64,000 bases of DNA from contig JAQGDQ010000057.1 of NCBI GenBank assembly GCA_030141605.1, positions 310,001-374,000 on the forward strand. Reading direction: 5' to 3'. Positions 1 to 11,347 of this stretch are shown one piece after another. Under the pieces are notes generated by a model. It was not told the origin of the DNA and ran no database searches. It was given only the letters and a program-made list of their open reading frames with translations. The position numbers and the translations under genes were made by a program. The DNA comes from Tubiluchus corallicola (lineage: Eukaryota; Animalia; Priapulida). Numbering within the stretch: position 1 is the stretch's first letter; every line of letters starts with the position of its first letter.

Positions 1-1849
1 GTGTAAAAGAGGGCGCGGCAATAATGAGGGTGTACAACCAAAAATTTTGCCTCCATTTGGTTTTAGTACTTATGGATAGTGTTTTATGTTGAAAATTAAA
101 TCTATAATCAATTATTTAAGAGATTGCATTGTTTATTTAAGATACATAATTTATTATGTTACTACAGTGTGAAGTAAGGCCTATATAAATATTGCAATTA
201 ACATATAAATTGGATAGGACATTGTTTTAACAATGCAAAGCACGACTTTTGGCATTGCGATCTTTATATGCAAGATCTGTGTTATTCCGTAAACATGATG
301 CTTGTTCAATCGGTTCTATAAACTTGAAAGTGGAACTTTAACCATAGCTATATAGGCTAGGAGATGAGAATGAAGCACAGCTGCAGCGGCTCCACATTGC
401 ACTGCCAACAACTCTAGGATAGGTTCTAAGGCAACAACCAAAAACAAGATTCTAGCAGCCAGTTGAATCCGAGAAGCCTCACCATAATGGGCACTTCCAT
501 CATCTCTTCACCTTCAGAAGCAAATTACAACGTTGCCTAGAGTTGCTTGAACAGTTTAGGAAAGTTCAACTTCAAGTCCAACCTTCTGACTCGGAAAAAG
601 GAGCGTCATGAACAAAAGTCAGTGAACATAAGTCAGAGAAATTGTTCGGAATTCACCAAAACTCACTAGAAACTTGTTATTTAAAGTCAAACTAAACCCT
701 CATTATAATATAAGCTTTTACAACTTAAAATTATACTCTCATTGCGAATATTTAATTTATTTTATTATAAACTTACTGTAAAACTTGTCACCTTTAATCT
801 TTTATAACTTCTTATGAGCGGTATTAAATTTGAAGAACTGCCATTTTTCTTCGCGTGAAACGAATGACGTAATGAGTGCAGTCATGAGGTTACCAGAGAT
901 CAGTAAACGAACATCGGTAACCAAAGACGCTTTTTGTAGTACGCACGTCATTCTCGCTCAATCTCGCCAAAGACGCGGAAAACGATGCTGTTTGCGGCAA
1001 TGCACGTGTTCGAAATTCGCCAGATATTTTATTTAATTTATAAGATAAAAAAGATAAGTTATTTAATTTACAGGTTTCTTTTGTTTAATAATAAGTATGA
1101 ATTCGTTGTGTAATCATAATCTTTAAGTAGCATGAGGTTAAACATATTTACTATTATTGTTATATTATATTACATCATGCTAATTATGAATACTGTAAAA
1201 GACTTACGTTACTCTCCACTGCTATGATCTGCGACATAGTAGATCATGTTATTAAAAGTGAACACATGTTACTATTTTCTTAATTGTGACGTAAACTCAT
1301 CGGATAGTTTTTTTCCGATAAACTAAAGAGTAGAATCCATTTCTAAGGGGTTGTTGATCCCGAATTATTTCATTCTCTTTCTCCCAGTTCCACAATTTTC
1401 GCTCTAACCTATTAATATTTCCGTAATTACGATATGATATTCACCCAGCCACGATAAGTTTAAATGGTTTCGTCTACAGTAGGGTTCAGCTACGCTTGTT
1501 TCACTTTGCTAAGTAAACATAATGCATGAAAATAACCTCTCATGACTGTTTTCTACGAAGAAAAAACATTTGTTGTTAAAAAGAGTCATACATATTGTCC
1601 TATTACTGACTAAGAACCGTTAGATTCATTAGTTTCTTAGACAATTTTTAGATTAGGCTCATTTTAGTTAGGAAAGCTGTTAAAAAAGTTTAAAACTTTT
1701 AAACGTTTAAAATTAAATTTCTTACATGTTGCTTTATAATCAATTTAGTAAACCATTTATTTACTTAATTTATTTATGTATTTTGCTACACATTCATTAA
1801 AATACACATTAAAAATAAACTACAAAACAATAAAACCATGAATGTTATG

Positions 1850-2300
1850 ACAGACGTAAAGAGGCATACATACGCCTATCGTACACAAGACATTTATCAA
1901 AATTCGAAAACTTCAATCTATTTTTGAAAAGTTTGGAATTGCCTGCAGTGGTCAAACGTGATCGTTTACTGAACTGGATAAGCAATTCCATGCTTGAACA
2001 ACACGGTCGAAGAAGAAACACCCAAAACCATTTTATTCATTCTACGAACAAACTACTTTAGACTATGGTAGCTTTTCGTCTTATCAGTCAGTGCTCTTGC
2101 AAAAAAAAACTCGGGATCTAAATTAGCGTCCCTGTGTATTTTTGTAACAAATTACCACATCGTTTAGTAATCATTCGTCCTTTAGCAATCACAAATTAAT
2201 GGTTTTGAGCCTTTCAAGCTATGTTTCATACATAAGCTCCGCTTTCCATCTATAGTATAATCGCCTTGTAAAATAACTTCAGTAAAATAATTTTCAGTTA
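1850..2300 (-). mobile_element. Decayed CR1/L2-type LINE 3' end
   Basis: Minus-strand FFFDRVVQAWNCL resembles the FFxxRVVxxWNxLP C-terminus of LINE ORF2. Confidence 0.55.
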
Positions 2301-3496
2301 TGTCGCCAAGAAGTATGTGTTTGGAGAGTAATATTCTCTGTATTTTGAGGTAGAAATGCTATACATGGTTTTAGATGTAGATTCGTAAACAGCAGTAACC
2401 ATATTATTAGTCTAATTATGTGTAGCGAAGCAAGCCTACACGCATGAGCTCGCCTATTCAGGATAACACCGAAATACTGATGTTCACTCGATATATTACA
2501 CGAAGAACAATTGTTCGCTCATGCATATGCTTTATATAAATTCTTACATTCTATTTCATGTACCTTTTAATTAATTATCAGCACATATTTTAATTTTTCA
2601 GTTTAACAGGCCTATCACCTAATTATAGTTTTGGCACGTCTTCTTGTACATATGTTCTTATGGACTTCGTGTTTGGTTTCAAAATAAATAAATAAATAAA
2701 TACTAGTAACAGTGAGACAGAAATCAGTTGAAATATTTTCGTTAGACCGCCTCATTCTCGCGTGCTTTTATATATTTTCCATATTATTGCTTCCACATTA
2801 TTAGCGGATTGCACCCACAGTGGATGGGATCCACTCGAATAAATACATTCACATTTAGAGGACTGATTGCTGTTCTCCTGTACGCGATTACAGTACATCA
2901 CGCGATTACTTTAATCTATTTACAAGGCGTTTTAAAATTTAACGGAGCTATCGCAATCACGCGATGCAGCATAGTTAACAAAATTTAAATAAGAAATATT
3001 TTATCACAAAATTTAATCCGTGAATCACTTGGTAACTGGCTCACTTCTCTCACGAAATCTCAACAACCTGGAGTGAATGTTGTTTTTTTGTTGTTATAAG
3101 CTTTTAAATTTCGAGGTTGTGATCGGAGTTGGGACGGGATAAGTGACGGAACTAGGTTCGGGACGGGATTGAATGTTCAGGAACAAGGAACGGGATTTGA
3201 GAAAACTTCGGGAACGCAGTTCGGGGTTGACATCTTGGACACCCCGATCCTGAACGCTTCAAGACATAAGTCTTACACGGTGAAAATTTCAAATTAATAT
3301 TATTATTCTTCAAAGTAAGACGCGCAGAAGACTAGATCGTTAGGTGAAAGAGATGTTTTCTCTTTGTAGGCCTACTTGTCAGTCCCAAATGCTAAACCCG
3401 TTTTATAATATCGGCGAATTGAACTTAAAATTAAATTTAAAGCTTAATTCTTAACACTTTGATTTAGCTTTGAAGTAAATCTAATTATAATTTCAG

Positions 3497-3624
3497 TACG
3501 TTAAGCCTGATCCAGATGTAGCACAAATGGCCTTGATATCGTATGCTGTGACTGGCTCAGATAACGCATTTGTCATTTTACTTAACAACGATGATATTCT
3601 AGTATTTGCGAACGAAGAGCGAGG
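3497..3624 (+). CDS. Pentraxin exon (YVKPD...[12 protein letters not shown]...EERG)
   Basis: tttcag acceptor, GG|gttagt donor; SYA..DN pentraxin motif. Confidence 0.85.
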
Positions 3625-6600
3625 GTTAGTACGTTGCAATTCCTATCTTAAAGCGCTAAAATTTTCTCTTTGTTTTTTATTTTTTCTTATTTTGCTCAAT
3701 TTATATTTAAATCATTTTAAAAATTTTGCTATGTTTTGCTTTGCCTTGCTTTGCTTCACATTATCTTACCTTATCTTACAGTTTCTTTGTTCTACTCTAC
3801 TCTGCTCTGCTCTGCTCTGCTCTGCTCTGCTCTGCTCTGCTCTGCTCTGCTCTGCTCTGCTCTGCTCTGCTCTGTTCTGCTCTGCTCTACTCTACTCTAC
3901 ACTACTCTACTCTACCCTACCCTACCCTACCCTGCCCTGCCCTGCCCTGCCCTGCCCTGCCCTGCCCTGCCCTGCCCTGCCCTGCCCTGCCCTGCCCTGC
4001 CCTGCCCTGCCCTGCTCTGCTCTGCTCTGCTCTACTCTACTCTACTCTACTCTACTCTACTCTATTCTATTCTGCTCTACTCTATTCAACTTAGTCCACT
4101 GTATCTCACTACTTTATTTTACTACATTACTTCACTTTCTATACTTTACTTTACTTTGTTTTGTTTTGCTTTGCTTTGCTTTGCTTTATTTTACTTTACC
4201 TTACCTTACCTTAGTTTACTTTACTTTACTTTACTTTACTTTACTTTACTTTACTTTACTTTACTTTACTTTACTTTACTTTACTTTACTTTACTTTACT
4301 TTACTTTACTTTACTTTACTTTACTTTACTTTACTTTACTTTACTTTACTTTCTTTACTTTACTTTACTTTACTTTACTTTACTTTACTTTACTTTACTT
4401 TACTTTACTTTCTTTACTTTACTTTACTTTACTTTACTTTACTTTACTTTACTTTACTTTACTTTACTTTACTTTACTTTACTTTACTTTACTTTACTTT
4501 ACTTTACTTTACTTTACTTTACTTTACTTTACTTTACTTTACTTTACTTTACTTTACTTTACTTTACTTTACTTTACTTTACTTTACTTTACTTTACTTT
4601 ACTTTACTTTACTTTACTTTACTTTACTTTACTTTATTGCTGCTTTTTATCTTTATATTTATTTTCCTTAACCGAAATGTCACGAATGTAAGCCAGAATA
4701 TGCTTCATTTATTTTGCATAACTTGCTTCATTTGTGTATTTTTAGATTGCTTCATTGTTCTCGACATTATCTTGGTCCACCAAGTACTTCTAATTTTTTC
4801 ATCGCATAATATTTTAACGACTTTTAACGACATTACTGCAGTTTCTTACCTTTAGGCCTGAGGATGCTCCCGTACCAATACTTCGAGATGGCGACTGGCA
4901 TCAGTTATGCGTAACATGGATGGAAGGCGGCACTTACGAAGTTTACGTTGATGGCACTAGTGTACTGCAAAGTGGGCCTATAAAGTTTCTTTTTTGAAAT
5001 AAAAGCCACTTAAAATGTTCTGTTTTAGAAAACAAGCATTGAATAAAGGAAGACCGGACGATTGTTTAGACTCAATCTTATTTTAATTTACAGTCCAAAA
5101 TATACATTTTCTTGCTTATAAAAGTTAACAATTGTTCTTTTTTGTAAAAATTAGCTTAGAAAGTTAATTAACGGTAACCGAACACAGCTATTGCTTAACG
5201 TCAGAAACTAACCATAGTTTGTGCAATGGCAGGCGTCTTCCCTTGCGTGTCAAGCACATTTGCATAGGCATTACAGTACTGCTTAAACGCATGATGTCAC
5301 GAAAAACATCATATGAAGTCAGAAACTAACACAACAGTTCATGATCATGGTTATCACAGTACCGCCTTCCATTTGCCGGCCACGCGCGCGTGACAAAAAG
5401 GCGCCGCTGCCAATCTTAGTAGATTCACTGAGCGGCGCGTAGCTCTGAAAGTTTAACGAAATTTGAGTATCCGAGGTAATTATTATTTAATCCAAGCCTT
5501 CATTTAAAATAAGTTATTGAAGTTTTCAATAATTTAGAGCATCCTTTATTCTGAACTCGTGTTTACACAATCATCCGGTTTTCCTTTTAGTTATTGACTG
5601 TCCTTGCACACATCATTTTGTGCCTGTACTTACGATGACAGTCTAAACACAAAATGTGCTTACACCTATTACAACAGTTAACATTACTAAATGATTACAT
5701 CACCTGTCACCTATTAAAGATCGTTCCTTATGCGTTTTTTTAAATTAATCTTATTTGTAAGAATTAAATTCTAACCACAAGCATTACTAACATTAACAGC
5801 AAAACGCCTGTATAAGTGACTGCCACTAACCAAAGTGCTGCTGACTAAATGACCAACTGATCTTCCGCTTCCCTTTCTTCACAAAATGTTTGTCAAATTA
5901 TTATTTATATTATATCTAAGTGTATATTGGAAGAGAAATAAAAGATTATGTCATGTCATGTTATTATTGTGTTAATGTTAGCAATATGCAGAATAAGCGT
6001 GTTACGTAGTAAGGTCAGTTTAACTTACAATTTCAGGTAGTTTTGTTGCAAATGGAGCTAATACCATTCCAGGAGGCGGGTGTTTGCTGTTTGGTCAAGA
6101 ACAAGATAATGTGGGTGGCGGATTCAGTAGTTCTCAATCTTATGTTGGCATGGTAACAGACATCATTATGTCTTCTTCAGTATTGTCAGCTACCGAAATA
6201 AGTAAGTAGCATGAATATGGCACTGGCTAAATCAGAGCTTAAATTTTCATTAGCTTGAAACAAAAAGCACCGGCGACACATAGCGCCTTATAAAAAGAAA
6301 AGGGCCAAAATGTCAAAAGAAAAGTCGCTGCTGAGAATACGCCAATCTGACACAGCAGACATGAAATGTGGAAGCGCAAAAATTCAGATATGTCTAAGCT
6401 GAACTCGAGTATGTACTTACTTTTATCCAGTCACAAACATTCATTTGACGAGCTTACCACTGTTGCTGTTTTAAGATTTCTTTAATACATCATCGTCACT
6501 GTTCGGGAAATACTATTTTTCTTGCGCTGTCGCTAACTTAAAGGGAAAAAAAGAAAATTTTAAAATATATCCCAAAAAAATTTCCTTACAAAGTTATATT

Positions 6601-8749
6601 ACTTAGCAAAACGCTCAGCTGTTTGAGAGACATAAATAGTTGGGAAAGGAAACTCTTAACAATTTAAAATGTTCGCGGTAACTGATGAAACGGCACTGCA
6701 TTGCCATACTGGCATACCAGTATGCACTTATTGCACTAGTGATTCGCCAAAAACATATTTTTGATATTATTGACAACATAAAGTAACTTTAACTTAGTTA
6801 GTTAATGAACCGTGTACTACGGATATTTTGATTGCGTTTTCAAACTTTACCCAATAATATTTCAACTTGTTTTCAAACGTCTTGCCGTTAAAATAGCTGC
6901 GCCTAATGGCCATCTTGGTACTTTAAATTACAAGTTCTACACAGCGTTGCTCTTAATGCAAGCTCTGTGAACAATAAGACAGCAAGTAATGATTAAAATA
7001 TTTCAACACCCCTTACTTAAGCTTTATTTATGAAGAGCGTTTTCTTCTTTAATAAAACTACAAATTTAATACCACGTAATCTCATGTTTAATGTACAAGC
7101 CAAAAAATCCATATCAAGGATTCTAGTATGTCATTAAAAAATACGACAGTATAGAAGTGGACTTTTAAAAACAGCTCTGTATTCTATCTTCAGCTAGAAA
7201 TGCTCTAGATTTTTATTTATGTAGCTAAAGGCCAAGAAGTACTTCTAGATTCTAAGCAATTTTTGTATTTTTAATAGATGCATGGTAACACCAGTGTACT
7301 AAAACATTGTCCAATTCTTTATAAATCTAAATTTTCGCAATTACGTTTCGATTATGTTTTTCGCCTCTTATGTCGCTTGGGTGGTGCACCTATTAATCAC
7401 TATTAATCACGTCAGTGCTGACGACCTGTGCTTAATTACTCCTACAAAATCTGCTCGATTGATAAACACAATGATAAATTATTAAATTAAACGCTTCGGA
7501 AACGAAACCTGTGTATTTTACTATTTTTTTATTCCAAATGCATTTAATATTAATTTTGCTAAAATAATTTTGCAAGGAAAACTGACTGACTGCGAATATG
7601 AAGTAAAATTCTTTGGTGTCAAGTATTTAATGACAATTGTAAAGATGATGCACATATTTTTAATCACTTGCAGTTTTATATTAGATCTAATGTTCTTTGC
7701 AGAAATTTTAGTTTTTGCTCTGTTGATATCAAACGTGTTCTGTTTAAATCTTTTTGTTCAGCTTTTTGTTGTTCTAACCTCTGGATCACTTCTAATCTTA
7801 ATGCTGTAGGAAATTAAAATTGACCAACTATTTTGCATTGACGGTGCTCTTTTTTGTGCTCTTTACTGTAGGAGCACCACAGCATCTAGAATAGGTGCAG
7901 AAACTGGCTGTAATCATTTTAAAGTGACATTACCTAAAAGCACTTTTAGCTTTCGTCAGCGGGTTTGAAATTTAAACAGTGAAGTCATGCACAATTTTAT
8001 TTTTAGCACTGACGTCTTTTTAACAAGAATATATTTGCTCATTGGGATTACGCCTTTTTCTAAATACTTAGCTTACTAATCCTCTGTCCTGTGTGCAAAT
8101 ATTTATTTTGTAGTATTACTTTTAAATGGTGATTTGTAATTAAATTTTGTTTACTATTCTACAGTACTTTTTATTTACTGAAATAAAATTAAATAATAAT
8201 AGTAATAACAACAATAACAACAACAGCAGCAGCAGCAACAACAACAACAACAAAAACAACAGCTGCTGCTGCTGCTGCTGTGGCTGCTGCTACTGCTACT
8301 ACTACTACTACTACTATTACAACAATTTTCCACTTTTATAAATGACTTTAAATGCTCAGTTATTTCCAATTAATTGTTTAACTAACGCAAGTAAATTGAT
8401 GTAAACTGTTCTAGACACCATGGCTTCTACTTGTTACAACCTGAATGGTGATTTAATCAGTTGGGACATAAATGCCATCACTTTTGAAGGAGCCACCGGC
8501 CCCATCGTCAGCCAGCCAAGTACTTGTCTAAACGTTGGTGCGAATCCGAACATGTGCCTTGCTGATACTCTTACACAGGAACAAATTCAGTTTTTCACAG
8601 ACTTTGCTACATACGTACTGCACAATAATGATCTAACAGATGATAGGTTATGGTGGCTTGAACACAGGATACGTTCGCTATTGGAAAGGCTGGAATATTT
8701 TGGCAATCACTTATTCAAGCCCCAGTATCACCACAACGAACAACATTAA
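3497..8749 (+). CDS. Pentraxin-family protein (CRP/SAP-like domain plus C-terminal extension), 5'-incomplete; exons 3497-3624, 4856-4971, 6037-6201, 8415-8749
   Basis: Spliced translation [71 protein letters not shown] carries the pentraxin HxCxTW and GQEQD motifs. All junctions are GT-AG with matching phases; total 744 nt, in frame to the stop. Confidence 0.9.
3725..4637. repeat. Compound pentanucleotide microsatellite (CTCTG/CTCTA/CCCTA/CCCTG/TTTAC)n in pentraxin intron
   Basis: Directly visible. Confidence 0.98.
4856..4971 (+). CDS. Pentraxin exon ([11 protein letters not shown]...YVDG)
   Basis: tttag acceptor; HxCxTW signature; donor gtgggc is weak but phase-compatible. Confidence 0.85.
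6037..6201 (+). CDS. Pentraxin exon ([17 protein letters not shown]...VLSATEI)
   Basis: tttcag acceptor, gtaagt donor; GQEQD Ca-binding motif. Confidence 0.9.
8191..8324. repeat. Compound trinucleotide microsatellite (AAT/AAC/CAG/CTG/CTA)
   Basis: Directly visible. Confidence 0.95.
8415..8749 (+). CDS. Pentraxin last exon (C..GDLISW plus C-terminal extension)
   Basis: ttctag acceptor in phase with the previous exon; ORF 8420-8749. Confidence 0.85.
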
Positions 8750-11166
8750 GCTTATGGAATAATGACAACAATTCTTTTGTTTAAAAGATAAGTGCCTATC
8801 ATTGTTATGAGCACCCAGTTCAACAACGTAGCCATTACTACTATTATAACCACAGGCAGTTGTATTATATTATAACCATAAACAGTTATTTATCACATGT
8901 TCACAAGCTAGAGTTGATCTCATAAGATTTTACCAATTATGACTGGTCAATCAAAAGGTAAAATATTTGATATATATTGAAAGTAATCAATTAAAGCCAA
9001 CACAAGAAGGATGTAGCTATTGCTTTAGCCTATGTTCTATACTTTTCTAATTAGAGAATCATTGCAATTGTTCGTGGCTACATCTTAGTCGCCCAAAGTT
9101 TCTGGAATTAGTAACTGTTCTACGTTTCCAGTTCCAGGTCTCCAAAAGTGTGTCTTTCTGCCTATAATGCATGACCTTATGCTTTTTGCTAAGTACTTTC
9201 ATTAAGCATTCGGATCCAAAATTGCGTCCAAAGGAATTTTTAAATGTAATAGTTAATTTTAATGATAACACCACAAGCGTAGGGTAGTAGTTATGGTTAT
9301 GAATCTGCTGCTGGTACGTGTAACAAAAGTTAGATTTTAATTAGTATAAAAAAACTTATTATTGCCAAAAAAATTGTATCCATGTATTACCATCTAACAG
9401 TATAATCGGCATCGTTGTGATTTTAAAAAGTATATAATCCACGTACTACACAAAAGCTTGGAGCATTTGTCATTAATGTTTATCTAATGATGCCATGACT
9501 TTTTCAACTGAAAACTGACGTCGTCTTCTAAACGGCTTTTTGTCGACATTGTACCCAACACTTTAGCGTAAAGTATTACATTTGCGAAAAATTAATACGA
9601 GAAAATTTCATTTTTTGTGATTTTATATGTACACTATGATGATTATTAGTTTGGTTTGTGACTCTTCTGGGTTCTTTAAACTTCTTCGAAACGACATTTT
9701 GCGATTACGTAATTCTTTTTTATTATAAAGAACTACTTGTAACTCTTCCTGTAATTATGATTCTCTGTGACTCAGTAAACTTTTACCACTTCCGATTATT
9801 TTTCAGTTGTTTCCTTTTTAATTTTGGAATTCTTTGAAATTCCTCGTAGTAAGTGACGTTCATATAGCTATCAAAATCCAAAGAGTGATACGATTACTGC
9901 CGTCTTTGTATTGCTATGTTTCGTTTCGCTTCAGTTTGTTTCATTCTGGATTTGGTTTTCTTTACAATTCCTTGTGACTTTGTAATTCTTTATGACTTTT
10001 CTATTTCTTTGCAATTGGTTTAGAACCTTTAAGAAACAGTGCAAATCTTTCTAATAGTTTGTCTCTTTGACATGTGCATCGCTTCGGAAGATTGAAATTA
10101 AGTGACACATATCTAACATCAAAATCATAATGACAACGACCTTTGTCAAAATTTTAACCACTGTTTGCCCTTGTTTATGGTTTCTTTTGATGTTTGTAAA
10201 TATAGTGTTTTCTGTTTTAAATGACAAGAAAAGGAATACCTGAAGTATCGCCTTAAGAAATTATATTACTTTAAAGCATTTTTATGCATATATCGTACTC
10301 GCATTGAAAGAAATTTTTGTTTTTTCATTTTAAATCTCCTGCAAAACTGTTCCGACCGCGCCATTACACATGACGTCATTTACGCGCAACGTAAATCAGG
10401 AAAAAAAGAAATGTTAAACTGTGTCCCAAATAACTTTCTATGCAAATCTATAATACTTAGCATTTCACTTACTTTCTTGAAAGACTTATGTAACTAGAAA
10501 AGAAAATTATTAATTAATTAAAATGCTTTCACCAATTGGTAAAATATTGCTGACTCACCCTCCAGGGTGCAGCACTCACTAACCAAAAACGTATTTTTAA
10601 TCTTATTGACAAGATACAGTAATTTTACTTAATTAGTGACGTGTGCGCAATGAATGTTCTGATATGCTGTCTGTAGTGATTACCTTGTGTAGACGAAACT
10701 TGAAATTAAACCAGTTTAAAAAGAAAGAGTACCAACTACGTAGAGCTCTATTAAGCTCAAGCCAAGGTTTTGGTAGAAATAAGGGGAAATTTACGAAGGG
10801 AAAATTTGTACATGGTTGATATAAGGGGCACACTGTGTGACATGTCAAGTTGATTGGCATGGGTCTATTTTATTGATGTAGGTTAATCTACTTCATGTTT
10901 TTTGTTATAAAAACGAAGCTATTATATATATTTGCACTGTGTATGTTAGAACAAATATTTACTTACATATCAAAAATAAATTTATTTTAACAAACAAGAA
11001 ACAAATTAATTTGTACTTTGTTCTAATGTCACCGACACTTTACAACGCTGAATTATATCATGAAGAAAAGGTACTGTAGTTTGCTTATAGCCAAGGATAA
11101 CTTTTCTTTAATAATTATCGTGGAAAATTTATTCTAAATATAACGACAACTCTCACACAAAGACTC

Positions 11167-11347
11167 CTAAGAGGTATTTGTTGCAGCAATGCAAAAACAA
11201 AAAAAAACAATATTATTTGTTCTTTTGTCACCATTCAGTATTTCATACAGTTCCATGTAGACCGGTACTTTGCGAAAACCAGTGTATATCAATCCGCAAA
11301 TCAAAATCAGTCCCAGCAGCTGGAAGAACCTGATTATAATATGCAAC
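11167..11347 (-). CDS. FAR: FAR last coding exon (hydrophobic membrane anchor)
   Basis: ttttttag acceptor, LHIIIRFFQLLGLILICGLIY; the exact 3' end is less certain. Confidence 0.75.

Noticed and set aside
2823-2990. Possible signal-peptide exon for the pentraxin (MGSTRINTFTFRGLIAVLLYAITV...)
   Set aside because: No convincing donor, and the N-terminal pentraxin strands are absent; the 5' exons were not located
3527-4855. 442-aa ORF and overlapping 122/311-aa ORFs
   Set aside because: Only 3497-3624 is a real exon; the rest is stop-free pentanucleotide microsatellite
9290-9330. Possible alternative tiny last exon for FAR
   Set aside because: Only a plausible acceptor; the read-through exon already gives a normal-length protein
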